Assembly (NCBI GenBank): GCA_964035575.1
Contig: OZ037833.1
Location: 2,542,001 to 2,606,000, forward strand
DNA: 64,000 bases
Reading direction: 5' to 3'
Source of the DNA: Rhynchopus sp. YZ270_cl-10
Lineage: Eukaryota
A program made the translations under genes and the position numbers. A model generated the notes under the pieces. That model was not told the DNA's origin. It did no database searches and saw nothing but the letters and a program-made list of their open reading frames with translations. Shown piece after piece: positions 43,627 to 55,819 of this stretch; positions within the stretch are counted from its first letter, which is position 1; the number at the start of each line of letters is the position of its first letter.

Positions 43627-45423
43627 ATCTAAAAATCAAATCTGTTCCGTTGATGATTGGTGGGAAGGACGGGCGGGGGATAACAGCACCATTTTGCCAT
43701 GTCAAAAAAAAAGGGGGGGGGGGTGTGTGTGTCATTTTATAACTTGTATGCTTTTTTTGTATGTACGTATTTACGTGTGCCGAGAACTGTCCAATTTTGC
43801 AAAGTGACCCACTACTGGACGGACGGATTCCAAAAATGCAAATGCCGGTGTTTTTGGACGATGCATCTTTCCCGGCCAAAAACCCTACCACAAATTATAA
43901 AGTGTACCCCCTCCCCCTTATACCAATGACCTCTCAGGGACCTGTCAACATAGCCCCCCTCCGGAACACCATTTGAGTAATTAAAACTACGGTCAATATA
44001 CGTGGTAACTATTAAAAATACGCGCATTTACGTAGTATTAAATAAAAATACGCGCAACTTACGTAGTATTAAATAAAAATACGCGCAACTTACGTAGTAT
44101 TAATTAAAAATACGCGCATTTTACGTAGTATTAATTAATTATTATTAAATAAATACCCCTTCATGTTGCAAATACGTACTACGTATTTTATTATTTTTAC
44201 TACGTATTTGCCGCGTATTACGTACGTACCTATTATGTATGTAAATTAAGCCCTTAATTTTAGAGTGCCTTAAAATTAAGGGCTTAATGTAAGAGGTGGG
44301 AGGTGGTATTTTTACCTCCGGAGGATAGGTCCTGGTAAGGGCTTATGGATGCCGTGCTGAGACTATGCCTTACAATCCTTGATACGAGGCGTTGAGCCTC
44401 AACGCCACCAGCTGTATTTGAAGATGTATGTGCACGAGAAGCACATTCATCTTAATTTTTCTCTCTCTGTTCTTTGTGATCAAAGTAAAGTGAATCACAG
44501 TAACGCTGTGGCTCATCTTAGTCAACGTTTCCTCTTTCCCCCCCGTTTGGTCTGTCTCAGACTATAGTGCATAGCACCAAACCACCCACCCTCCTGGGGA
44601 GAGTTGTGAAGCAGCACCAGTTAACCCACCCTATAGAAAAAAACGGTGCCCGCACTCCCTTCTCCTTCCTCATTTCTGTGTTATGTTCAAAGTGTCTTTC
44701 CAGCGGTGCGAAGATATGTACTCGCCACACACACACCCCCAATTTCCCCCCTATTTTGGTTATTTTTAGCTGCCAAGAAGGATGTGTCAAGCTGGCTGAA
44801 AAGGGATGAGAGGGGGAGCAAAATGTCTTTTTTTTTCTCTCCCTCTTTTGAAAAAATCAATACAATAAATTGGTTTTGGCCAACTGATATGTCAAGAAGA
44901 AGAAAAGAAAATACCAGATTGCTAGCAATAAAACAAGGGATATTGGAATAAGAAAAAAAAACAAAAAGCAAAAACAACAGAACTACCCTTTTTTTGGGAG
45001 AAAAAGGTAACAGCACTATTCTTCCCCTCTGTGTTGTTCTTCTTGAGTTAACTCCCTACCCCACAAAGAGGATCGTATAGTGAAGCGTATCCTTTGGTAT
45101 CTACACGAATACAAACAAGCTTACAGAAAAAGGGTAAGTAAAAGGAAGAAAGGTTTTTTCGTTGATTGCTCAATTACCCTGTTGGAGGGGGGGGTGATTG
45201 GCGACCGTATCTGAGGAACTATTTCTCCTTTAAGCTACGCTTTTGTAGGTATAAAAAAAAATGTGTTCATTAGCCTTCGGGCTACCTTGTGTACAGAACC
45301 CCGTCTTCGGGAGGGTGATTGTCGATGTAAAAAAAATTAGCGACCCTCAAACGTCTTTTAGGTAATGCAGTACAAAGTCTCTGTAGGGGTTTATACGTCT
45401 GATGGAAAAGGCGTGATTGTCGA

Positions 45424-46397
45424 TTATTTTATTGCCTCCAAATATTGTGCCTCAAGCCAAAATGCTTTAGGGGGGCAGGAAATAAAGTAGGTTTTTTTCC
45501 CTGCATTTTTTAGCCGTAAATGGCTGGGGTGAGGGAAAAAAAGTAAATTTGAGCAGGGAATAAATAGTAAATAGCCGGGAACCCCAGCTAAAAAGGGGCA
45601 GGGAATAAAAAGTCTATTTTTCCCTGCTGTTTTTTTTGATTTTTTGCCTTCTAAGGTGCGCCTCCGTACTAACTAGACTCTCGAAAAATTTTTTGGTCAT
45701 ACCCCTAAAAGTGCCCAATTTTGCAATTCCAGCAAGAATTGAGCAGTTTTGAGCCTTTCTAGGGGTCTAAAACGCGGTTTTGAGGTTTTTTCCACCCAAA
45801 AAACACTTCCCAGAGGGATTTTAACGTCAAAAACACAAGATGCCAAGGACTAGCAAGAAGCAGGACACAGATATCTATGAGGATGCTCAGAAGAAGGTGC
45901 CCACAAAAGAAACCCATGACATTGCTTTGCAAGGATTTCTGAAATTGTCGAAGATCAAGTCCCGCAAGCCACGTGAGAAGATTACACCGCTACTTCGATC
46001 ACTTGCACAAAGAGCGGAAATTGAAGTCGAACACCATCTGGAGTTACTTCAGCCGTCTCAACAAAAAACACTAACAAAAGTATTTAGACATATAAAAAGA
46101 CCCTCCTCTCCTAGTTTTCGGCTTCATTTCTTTTTGTACGGCACCCCAAGCACCCACCAACAGATGTGCACACGCGGTGGGTCAAAACCCCCTAAAATTT
46201 TGGCTTTCGGCACTATTTGGAGGCAATAAAATTACAAACTCCTGGGAGAAATTGAAGATTTTTCCCCTTGGGGGGTGCCAACTCCCTCGGATTCGTATTT
46301 CCCTCGCCTTCGGCTCGGGAAATACACATCCTTGGGAGTTGCACCCCCCTCGGGGAAAAAAAGCTTCAATTTCTCCCTGGAGTATATAACTAATTTT
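45424..46397 (+). mobile_element. Second, internally deleted YR (Crypton-like) element
   Basis: IR 45426-45472 / 46188-46232; YR N-terminal remnant; hairpin 46228-46397 with apex tc-gcc-TTC-ggc-tc. Confidence 0.78.
45840..46074 (+). pseudogene. Frameshifted N-terminal fragment of tyrosine recombinase
   Basis: MPRTSKKQDTDIYE...KPRE, then in a shifted frame RYFDHLHKERKLKSNTIWSYFSRLN. This aligns with MPRTKKKEAMEDLYE...QPRE...SYLTHLREERSYKASSLWSCYSKLN of 30052-31068. Confidence 0.8.
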
Positions 46398-48299
46398 CCC
46401 CCGTGTAGTATGGTACCCCATCAAATGTCCTTTGCTTTTTTCTTGCGTCTTAAGTTTTTTTTTTTTTTTTTGTTGTGCTTCATCTCCGTTGACTACGCTC
46501 ATCAGAGAGGCGAACACTAACATTACTTTCTTGCAAGGTGGCTAAGCCCACATCGAGTTACATACATCTTTCGAAATCTCATTTTTTAGTTAAAGAAGGC
46601 ATTTGCACTCTTTTTATATTTTTCTTCCTGGTTTGATATCCAACTATGTCTGGCAGCTCTGTGCATACCTTTCTCTCACGAAGGAAGTTATGCACAAGGT
46701 ATCAACCAAAAAAAAAATCCCCCTTTTTACGTCTTCCTCTATTGAGTTATACTCAAAGATTTCTACATTTTAAAAATCCCACCCCCTTTGTTGTCGCTCT
46801 GTTTTTTCAATGATTTTTCTGAAATGGATGCAAAAAAAAAAAAAGCAGTGGAGATTGCACAACTGTGGCAACACAACCGAGGCAACTACACACAATTTAC
46901 CAAAAAAAAGAAAAAAAAACTCCCTTTTTTGTTCTTTGGTTACAGTCATATAACAAACACCGGAGGCTTTACCCCCACCGATGTGTTGTCTGACTTTATG
47001 CACCAAGGTACACTGTCACGAGAGGGTTTTTGTATTTCAACTTTATCTCTCCCCCCCCCTACCCTATGGACCCATAGGTCCCTTCTCTTGAAACCAAAAC
47101 TCGTTGTAGTTGAGCACTGAGTTATTATTAAGAACAAATATATAAAACACCCCCCCACCCCCATACCTCCGTCCTACCTTGCCTTATACGACGGTGAAGT
47201 AAATGACTGGATTTTGTGGTTTTATGCGTGGTTTTACCTAAACCAATGGTGAAACCGCAAGTCAAATCAAGTCATTTACTTCTCCGCCGTGGATTCAAGG
47301 TGACTAAGTACGTTCGCTACGTTAGCTTAGCCTTGTCTTGCAAACTCTTGTGTTCTTGTGTCAAAACTAGGTGGTGCAACTACGCCGTTCTCTATGTCTT
47401 TTCATTGCACTTCCAAAAAAAATAATCTCGAGCTTCAGGCTTATTCCTAGATTGTCTGTTCTTTCTTAGATTCAAAAAAAAAGGAGTGCACCCTGTTTAT
47501 GTGCATGCTTTTTTTGAAAATTCTCAGAAATTTTCGAATATTTAGGAATAAGTCTGCATGGCCTTTGTATGAGTTCCCTCTTGTCCCCTTGTTATAATAT
47601 TGCTTTGTTGTCCCTTTTGCTAAGGTGACTAAGCGCAGTGTGGCTTGTTCATCTGACATTTTTTTTTTCTCCCCTTTTCCATTCTCTCCTTTTTTTCTCT
47701 CTTTTTGGAGCTGGAAAAGCTACAAATAATGGGTCATTTTCTTGAAAATGTCAAAATATATCCTTTGTCTTCAAGGATGGGTGTGTTTGTGAGGCATGTT
47801 CATCTTTCAAGTTTTTTGTTCTTTTCTTTTGAAATTTTCAAAAGGGAATATTCCCTTGTATGAGGCTGATGGCCAGAAAATTGTGCAAAATTGTTTTATC
47901 CCCCTCCCGGGTCTGTTGCTAGAACGTCAAGCCCTTCCAGCGGTTTGGCAATTTTATTTTTTAAACCATCGATGGTGCAAACAATGACCATTATTTGGCC
48001 ATCTGCCCAAAAAAAAACAAAATTGGGGGAAAATTTAGCAACAGGCCTGTCCCCTCCCTTATTGATGGACAAAATGCAATGTGATTCTGTACTTACGTAG
48101 GTGACGAAGCACAGAGAGGCTTATGTTCATCTCACCAACTTTTCTTTTGATAAAATTGTTGGAACAGTGCAGTCGTCACTCCCCCCCCTTTGTGCAAAAG
48201 CTCCGCTTTCGATGCCTCTTGTAGGGGTGTTGAAAGTGTTTATTTTTGTGAGATTCTTCTTCCCCTCTTCATCAGAAACAAACACCTTTTTAAAAACAG

Positions 48300-48367
48300 G
48301 TTTGGGTCCATTTAGTGCACCCTATTAATACCTTCTATTCAGTGGAATAGAAAGTATATGAAATAAT
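48300..48367 (+). repeat. ~68-bp direct repeat copy 1 with internal hairpin; copy 2 at 50175-50241
   Basis: gtttgggt.catttagtgcaccct...taataccttctattcagt.gaatagaaagtatatgaaataat at both sites. Confidence 0.9.
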
Positions 48368-49059
48368 TTTTTTTTCTTCCCCATTTTCAAGTTTTTTCGT
48401 TCAGACTTTTTTTTTTATGAGAGGATACTGTCTTCTTGAGATATAGGACGGTTTCTCGACCGAGCCTGATTTTGAGTGATTTCTGTGTTTCTGACACAGA
48501 GAGAGAGTTGGTTGCTTGCAAGAAGAAAACCCAATATGTATGGATGTATGTACGGAACCTGATTTGGCAAGGGAAACGTCGAAGCAAAAAAAAAAAAAAC
48601 AAAAAAAAAATGAACAAAAAAAATTTTTGTACTGCCGTCTCTGTCTGGTCTCTTTTTGTCAGACCCCTCCCCATCCCTCCCCATACGTTCAATATTGCCC
48701 CCTTTATTCTCAAGCTATTTCTCATCTAAAAAAAATTCTCAGTAAAAAAAAATACCACTAGAAAAAAGGATCTTTTTTCCTCCCGAGCATATTATTTCAG
48801 CCTCAAATAAAACAGTACTGCCTCACTGCCCTCATTTGTTCAATTTGCTCCCACCCCCCCCTTGCCTCAGCCTCAGCCAGAACTTCTGGTGTTCTGGTGT
48901 TCTGGTCACACTTTTTTTTTTGAGGTTTCCTCTTCACTGCCAGGTCAGTGGGAGCGTATTGCAGTAAAATATCACCACAGAATATTACACACTTTACAAA
49001 CAAATCATTTCACCTACCGTTTCTTCTCTTAAACCTGACCCTCACACAGACCCTTTACT

Positions 49060-50109
49060 ATGGAGCTTCATATTAGATACGATGGTGACACAACGTGCCG
49101 CACTGTGGTGGCAACACTCGACGATACGACAGCTTCTCTAAGAGAAAAGGCGATTGCTCAGTTTGATGTCACCTCCCTCACACATCCTCTGCGACTTCAC
49201 CTTGGTGGTGAACTTCTTCAGAGCGGTCTCTTGTCTGACCTTCCTCTGGTGGACGGCTGTACCCTTGATCTTGCACCCACACCGGTTACCCTTCTATGCC
49301 CTTACCAATTAGAGGGTGAAGTACTGCGGCTTGTGTTGTCTCCGTGCGAATATTACCTTGCAGTGTGTAGTGATGATGTGGTGACAGTGTATTGCACAGA
49401 GTCATTCTGTGTTGTTGCGTGCATTGCTGTTGAAGAGGTGGCGGATATAGTGTTTTCAAAATGCTCCTCTTTGTGTCTCGGAACCAAGAATGGGCTAATG
49501 GTTCATTTAAGTAAGTCGGGGGTATTAAAAATTGGTGATGTAGTAGAATTGGCGAGAGGTGGTGACAAAGTGTTTGCGAGGGTGCGCAAAGGTGGTGTAG
49601 TGAAGGTGGATGTGGAGACAATGGAGGGTGTGCCTTTCATCAAAGAGGAATGTTCTCTGATGTGTGCGTCAGAAACGCATGTCGTTGTGCTCTTCAACAA
49701 CTTTAAGGTGTTTGACATAGAGAGTGGTGCATGCACGAAGACCTTTCCGAATCTAAACCATGTGTTGTGCATTGCAGTATGTGGACGTTATCTCATGGTC
49801 GGGTCGATGGACGGAATTGAACGGTTGGACTTTGAGTCGGATGACAGCGCATTAGCCTACACCAGCAACTGGCCAACAGCGTTCTTCCACATAAATGACA
49901 ACCTCATCGCTTCCAAGGGTCTAGAAGATGAGCCCCCCAGGTTCTGGTCCCTTGGCAACGGCCTCAAAGAGGTGCATCACAGTGGCGACTTCGTAGCAAA
50001 TGCAGCTGGGGAAGCGGTAGCGGTGGGCGGTTCAGGGCACGTCATCTACCAGGTTCTTGAGAAGGGGGAGGGAACCTGCCTGGATGTCTCTTTCTTAGAC
50101 TTACGCTGA
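49060..50109 (+). CDS. Protein with N-terminal ubiquitin-like domain and degenerate WD40-like beta-propeller, 349 aa
   Basis: LREKA...LRLHLGGELL...LSDLPLVDGCTLDL is Ubl-like; beta-rich repeats such as KVFDIESGACTKTF; preceded by cacacag. Confidence 0.65.
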   Translation: MELHIRYDGDTTCRTVVATLDDTTASLREKAIAQFDVTSLTHPLRLHLGGELLQSGLLSDLPLVDGCTLDLAPTPVTLLCPYQLEGEVLRLVLSPCEYYLAVCSDDVVTVYCTESFCVVACIAVEEVADIVFSKCSSLCLGTKNGLMVHLSKSGVLKIGDVVELARGGDKVFARVRKGGVVKVDVETMEGVPFIKEECSLMCASETHVVVLFNNFKVFDIESGACTKTFPNLNHVLCIAVCGRYLMVGSMDGIERLDFESDDSALAYTSNWPTAFFHINDNLIASKGLEDEPPRFWSLGNGLKEVHHSGDFVANAAGEAVAVGGSGHVIYQVLEKGEGTCLDVSFLDLR

Positions 50110-50174
50110 GGAAAAATACGCTTTTTTGTGAGTTTTTTTGCCCGGAAACAAACAATCTACACAAAGTAAAAAAA

Positions 50175-50241
50175 GTTTGGGTACATTTAGTGCACCCTGT
50201 AATACCTTCTATTCAGTAGAATAGAAAGTATATGAAATAAT
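50175..50241 (+). repeat. ~68-bp direct repeat copy 2
   Basis: Matches 48300-48367. Confidence 0.9.
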
Positions 50242-50386
50242 GCTTTTCCCGTTTTTAATTATGTACACAAAAAATAGCGACAAACCTGTTTTCTATTTCT
50301 GCCTCTCCTCCCTCTCCCTCTCCTTCTCCCTTTACACTATCGCAGGCGACCCCCCTTTTTTTTTTTACACGAAAATTACCCGAAAA

Positions 50387-53300
50387 ATGCGGGTAATCCT
50401 CAGCGTCGCCGTGCTGGGGGTTGTTCTGGGGGTGTGCAGCGGGAAGTCTGTGAAGGTTGTGATGCAGGCTGGGTGGGGACAGACAAAGCTAGAGCACGAA
50501 GCCGCGGAGCACATCTGGGAGAACGCGGGGGCTGCCAAATACTGGGAGTTCATCGATGCAATCACAATGCACGACGCAGGCGCACGAGGCGCTGAGGACT
50601 CACTGCACGCTGTCTTAACTGCCGCTGAATCTATCGGTCTCGATATTGCACGCAGAAGCGCACTTTCCCTTGCACTCTCTACACGCTATTATTCACCTCG
50701 GGTAACTGCGATACAGTCCCTCTGCCCTGCCACGAGCCACTCCCTCGTTGCGATCGTCAATAACAAAACCATTTCTGACGTTGAAGAAATCAAGCAGCTC
50801 TCTGCAACCGATGCTGCCACTTGCCTCACGTCATCCACCTTCGCCACCCACAAACAGCTCGACCGCATCACCACCCACAGCACAGCCCCTCCACAGTTCA
50901 CCCTCTGCGCCTCTCTCCAATCCGAAACCCTTGCAGACATCATCTCCCACTTCAAAACCCAACAGCAGAACTTCAACCTTCGCTACATCGAATCCTTCAA
51001 TGGCGAACACCTTGGTCTAGAAGGCTACGGTGTTTCCATGATGATCAAAGACATGGAATACAAGGCAATGGACGACAAAGAGAAGGGTAACGACAAGAAG
51101 GAGGAAGAGGAGGAGGGGGAGGAGCAGTTGGAAACCCCTGTGGTGCTGGGTGTGCGTCTGGACGCGTTGTATGAGGAGTACCCTGACCAGGCTGCGTCGA
51201 TCGACTCTTTGTCATCTAAGATAAGAGACCACGCGGCGGAGTCTGCATCTACCACGAAAATCAACCTCGACGTCTGGGAAGTCGCCCAAATCGGTGCTCA
51301 AGCATCTTTCCGGATTCTTAAGAACAATGCAACCCCTTTAACAGAAATGGCAAATCTTGTGCAAGATTTTCCTCGCCATGCCGCTTCTGTTACAAAAATC
51401 TCGGGAAAAGGTGTCAAACGGGTTGCAAAAGCGCTTGCAAAGGCGGTCAACACAAACCGCATCTACCCAAAGCAAGAAGGCGTCTCTGTGCTCTATGTAA
51501 ATGGGGAGAACGTTCCGATTGCAGATCTCTCTACGTCCACCCTCTTGGAGCTCATCAACAAGGAGAACACTGTCAAACACGCCCTACAGGAGGTGCTGGG
51601 GTACCTACCCGACGTCTCTACTACCATGGAAACGGAGGATGGTGCGCGGATCGTTGCGGCCTTCAAGGCGATTGTTGAAGGTGGAGGTGACAGTGACGAT
51701 GACAGTGACGCCCCCACCGAAGCCCCTGCACGGTACTCATTCCCCCTCGACCGTGCCGCATTCCTTAACGACTTCGAGACCGATGCGCAGTACGAATCAT
51801 GGCCAACCTCGCTCGATGTGCTGCTCAACCCCCCTGCCATGTACGGCGCACCGTCCTCCCCTCGCAAGAATGTGTACACTTCCATTAACTTTATCGACCC
51901 TTCCGTCAAATCTGACCTGACAATCGCTCAGGTAGCTATGTCTTTGTACAGACAAATGGCGCCTATCCGGATTGGAGTGGTCTTTGTTAACAGCGACCCT
52001 ACAGGGAATGCGGAACGGCATGACATGAGGTTGAAGGTGGCGTCGCTGTTTCATTACCTTTCCGATGAGAGGAGTCCCGCGCAGGCGTTCTCTGTTCTGT
52101 ACAATCTGCAGTCGCGGTCTGAAGGTGCGTCTGTCTCGTTGGAGGCAGCGCTGCTCTCGGAAAAGGACCAAAAGAAGATTTTCTCCGACCCTACGTACGG
52201 TACTGCGGCGATGGAGACGCGCATTGCAGCGGACACAGCGCTGCTGAAGGCAAAGGGGCTCTTCGCAAGCGGAGGGGTCAGCCATCTCTTCAACGGCATT
52301 TACGATGAGAATAACTTCCAAAGTGTTGTCGAACGTTATTATGCAGAGAATGCGAACATCATTTCTCTTCTCGAGGCAAAGACACTTCATAAAAAGGAAA
52401 AGGATGTGCTAGGCTTTTTGTTGAAACACCACGGAGCTTCTGACAAACGTCTTTCCATTGTTGCAAACGCAAAGACTATTACTGCCTCTGTTCTGAATGA
52501 CGCCAAAGCAGCGTTGTCGACGTTAGGGAAACAGACGTGGTTGTATTCTCCGAAGTTTGATAATGATGCAGTGGCGTACTCAGTGGTGCTTCTTTTGAAT
52601 GAAAACAATGTGGAAGCGGCGAAGAAGCATTTAACCAATGTTGTGTCGTTTTTCACCTCAGAGGGCAATGTGGAGAGCAAGCAGCGTGCTAGGTTTACGT
52701 TTGGGTTTAAAACGCAGAGCGACGCGGTTGATCAGCTTCACAAAGAGATTGGCAACAAAATGGAACGGAAGCGTGCCGAAGCCCTGCAGGGTCGCCTATC
52801 TGGTTTGTCCTTTGCGTCGTCCGAGACGGCGTCGGAGTTGGCAGTTCAGTTTCCGGAATGTCCGAAGACGGCGAACTGCGTTGTGGTCAATGGACTGCTC
52901 ATTGTGCTTGATGATGAAGAGGACGTCACACCACGTGAAGAAATCGCGGCCGAAGATTACATTCTGATTATCGAGAAGGTGAAACCCTCTGTTTCGGCAC
53001 TCCTGACGCGCGCCGAGGCAGTGGTCTGGAGTGAAGCCATCAGAATCCATTCTGAGACGGACTCAACAGTGGCAGACCTGCAGACCTCCTCGGGGATTGC
53101 TGATAAGATCTTTTTGCTGTCCACATTGTTGCTTCAGGGAAAGCAAAAGGTAGGAGGTGCACAAATGCCTAGACTGGCCGATTCAGCGAGCTACCACGTT
53201 GACAACTCAACGTGCAAGAAACCCTGTAGAATTGCGTTTAGAAGTGATTTTTCGAAGGGGAAAACGGGGTTAAAGCTTGATGTCATCGCAGTGCTGGACC

Positions 53301-54829
53301 CATTGAGCATTGAAGCGCAGAAGGTTGCGTCTTTCCTTACTGCATTCGCAAAGCAGCAACAGACTGCACAGCTTCCTATTCTGCTTGACATCTCGGTGTA
53401 CCTCAACCCTAAACAAAGCCTTGAAGAGGTGCCTCTCAAGACCTTTTACAGATACGTCATGAGCTCGAACCTCAAATTCTCTGAAGAAGGTGCAGTATCG
53501 CCGCCAGAAGTGGTCTTTGCAGGTCTTCCGGAGAAGCAGGTCTTGACGTTGGGTATTCATGAGCCAGAACCTTGGATGGTCACAACGAAGAGTGCGGTGT
53601 ATGATCTGGATAACATAAAGCTTGCAGATGTCAGTTCTAATGTACTGAATGCGGTGTTTGAGCTTGACTCTATCATTCTCTCTGGGTCATGTGTCGATGC
53701 GGCAACTAAACAGCCGCCAAGAGGCCTTCCGCTGCGTCTTTCCTCTATTTCATCTGAAACAACAGTTGACACCCTTGTTATGTCCAACCTTGGATACTTC
53801 CAGCTCAAGGCAAACCCCGGGTTGTATACCCTCGGTCTCCAAGAGGATGGTGGGAAGGCAACAGAGATCTTTTCGGGGGAAGGGGTGGCGCAGGAGATTG
53901 TTATCGATTCGTTTAATGGAGTGACGTTGGAGTTGAAGGCAGGGAGGGCAGTGGGGAAGGAAGATGCCGTGTTTGTTGAGGAAAAGGCTGAGAAGAAGCC
54001 GCTGAAGAAGGCCGAGAAGAAGAAGGATGAGGAAGGTGTGTTGTCGAAGCTTTCGCACATCATTTACGGCGACGAGGAGGTGAAGGCTGCCGAGGAGCTT
54101 CCTGTTGCAAAGAAACAGCTTCCCACCTTGAACATCTTCTCCTGTGCTACAGGGCATCTTTATGAGAGGTTCCTCAAAATCATGATTCATACTACAATGC
54201 AACACATTGACCGCAACGATCCAACCAAAAACCGCGTCAAATTCTGGTTTCTTAACAATTTTTTGAGTCCGCAGTTCAAACAGAACATTCATAAGATGGC
54301 TGAAAAATGGGGTTTCGAGGTAGGCTTGGTTACTTACAAATGGCCGCAGTGGTTGCGGAGACAGACACAAAAACAGCGCATCATTTGGGGATATAAGGTG
54401 CTGTTCTTGGATGTTATGTTCCCTTTGGACGTAGACAAGGTGATTTACGTCGATGCCGACCAAATTGTCAAAGCAGATTTGCACGAACTCTACAATTTGG
54501 ACCTGGAAGGTGCACCCGTCGCGTACACCCCATTCTGTATTAAGAATAAGAACGACGACACCTTCGGGTTCCGCTTCTGGGAGCAGGGCTACTGGAAGGA
54601 CCACCTCGCAGGGAAGCCTTACCACATCTCCGCCATCTATGTCGTGGACCTCAAGAAGTTCCGTGCCCAAGGTGCAGGTGATGCCTACCGTGCAATCTAC
54701 GACCAACTCTCGAAGGACCCAGCCTCACTCTCAAACCTTGACCAAGATCTGCCGAACTACTCGCAAAATATGGTAGAGATCTTCTCGCTTCCAGAGCATT
54801 GGCTGTGGTGTGAGACATGGTGTAACCAG
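50387..54829 (+). CDS. UGGT: UDP-glucose:glycoprotein glucosyltransferase, exon 1
   Basis: Signal peptide MRVILSVAVLGVVLG; GYGV...KDMEYKAMDD; VMSNLGYFQLKANPG; GT24 motifs GHLYERFLKIM, WGYKVLFLDV, YVDADQ, LSNLDQDLPN, WLWCETWC; ends CAG|gtatgt. Confidence 0.95.
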
Positions 54830-54856
54830 GTATGTCTTTTTTTCTTTTCGTTAAAT

Positions 54857-55604
54857 TGGAGCGTTTTAGGGTCTGTGGGATGACGCCCGATGACGCACGA
54901 TGACGGCCGATGACAGCACGATTACGTTTTTTTCTTTTTTTGGGTACTGTGTATACTGTGTATACTGTGTATACTGTGTATACTGTGTATACTGTGTATA
55001 CTGTGTATACTGTGTATACTGTGTATACTGTGTATACTGTGTATACTGTGTATACTGTGTATACTGTGTATACTGTGTATACTGTGTATACTGTGTATAC
55101 TGTGTATACTGTGTATACTGTGTATACTGTGTATACTGTGTATACTGTGTATACTGTGTATACTGTGTATACTGTGTATACTGTGTATACTGTGTATACT
55201 GTGTATACTGTGTATACTGTGTATACTGTGTATACTGTGTATACTGTGTATACTGTGTATACTGTGTATACTGTGTATACTGTGTATACTGTGTATACTG
55301 TGTATACTGTGTATACTGTGTATACTGTGTATACTGTGTATACTGTGTATACTGTGTATACTGTGTACTTGTCCATTTCGGCAAATTGACCCCACCACTG
55401 GCCGGACGGATTCCGAAAATGCAAATGCCGGTGTTTAAAAGCTTCACCAAGGATTTCACCGAGGAAAAAAAAAAATTTCCCCTAGCACGATGATTCCCGA
55501 TTATGCACGATTATGCACGATTACTCAGGATTACGCACGATGACGCCCGATGACGGCCGATGACACCCGATTTAGCGCGATTCACCCCCCCGGAAAACGC
55601 TCCA
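54857..55604. mobile_element. Intronic MITE-like element, 11-bp TIR, 10-bp cgatgac subterminal repeats
   Basis: tggagcgtttt / aaaacgctcca; ttaaa near both flanks (imperfect TSD). Confidence 0.6.
54945..55367 (+). repeat. Perfect 9-bp tandem repeat (tactgtgta) x ~47
   Basis: Direct reading; 423 bp. Confidence 0.97.
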
Positions 55605-55651
55605 TTAAACACCTTTGTATTGAGCGGGGGTTTTACAAAACAAATATACAG

Positions 55652-55819
55652 GAATCGAAAAAAGAGGCCAAGACCATCGATCTCTGCAACAACCCGCTCA
55701 CCAAGACACCCAAGCTTGTTGCTGCGAAACGCATCGTTCCTGAATGGGAGAGCTACGACAAGATCATCGACGACTTCGAGAAGGAGCTCGAACAGGAGGA
55801 CCTGGAATCAACAAAATGA
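55652..55819 (+). CDS. UGGT: UGGT exon 2
   Basis: [29 protein letters not shown] is the conserved UGGT C-terminus. Confidence 0.93.
   Translation, partial: ESKKEAKTIDLCNNPLTKTPKLVAAKRIVPEWESYDKIIDDFEKELEQEDLESTK

Larger units (their letters stand above)
40831..44241 (-). mobile_element. Nested TIR transposon (32-bp TIR, 6-bp TSD taaatt) carrying a transposase remnant
   Basis: catacatattaggtacgtacgtaatacgcggc / gccgcgtattacgtacgtacctattatgtatg (1 mismatch); taaatt on both sides; tacgta subterminal repeats. Confidence 0.88.
39701..44356. mobile_element. Outer TIR element (22-bp TIR, 6-bp TSD ctgaga) with taagggct subterminal repeats
   Basis: cacggcatccataagcccttac / gtaagggcttatggatgccgtg; ctgaga at 39695-39700 and 44357-44362. 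Confidence 0.88.
54830..55651 (+). other. 822-bp GT-AG intron of UGGT
   Basis: Removal restores the conserved [19 protein letters not shown]. Confidence 0.92.

Noticed and set aside
48328..48358. Iron-responsive element (CAGTG loop on a stem)
   Set aside because: No bulged C five pairs below the loop, the sixth loop base is G, and the second copy has CAGTA.
50240..50386. N-terminal extension of UGGT in the ORF track
   Set aside because: Pyrimidine tract/acceptor region; the signal peptide starts at ATG 50387. The same reasoning applies to 56484-56741 and 20740-20901.
54945..55367. CRISPR array or telomeric repeat
   Set aside because: No spacers, no cas genes, not a G-rich telomere unit; lies inside an intron.
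54651..55493. ORFs of YTV/TQY/CVY/HSI repeats
   Set aside because: Translations of the intronic 9-bp minisatellite.
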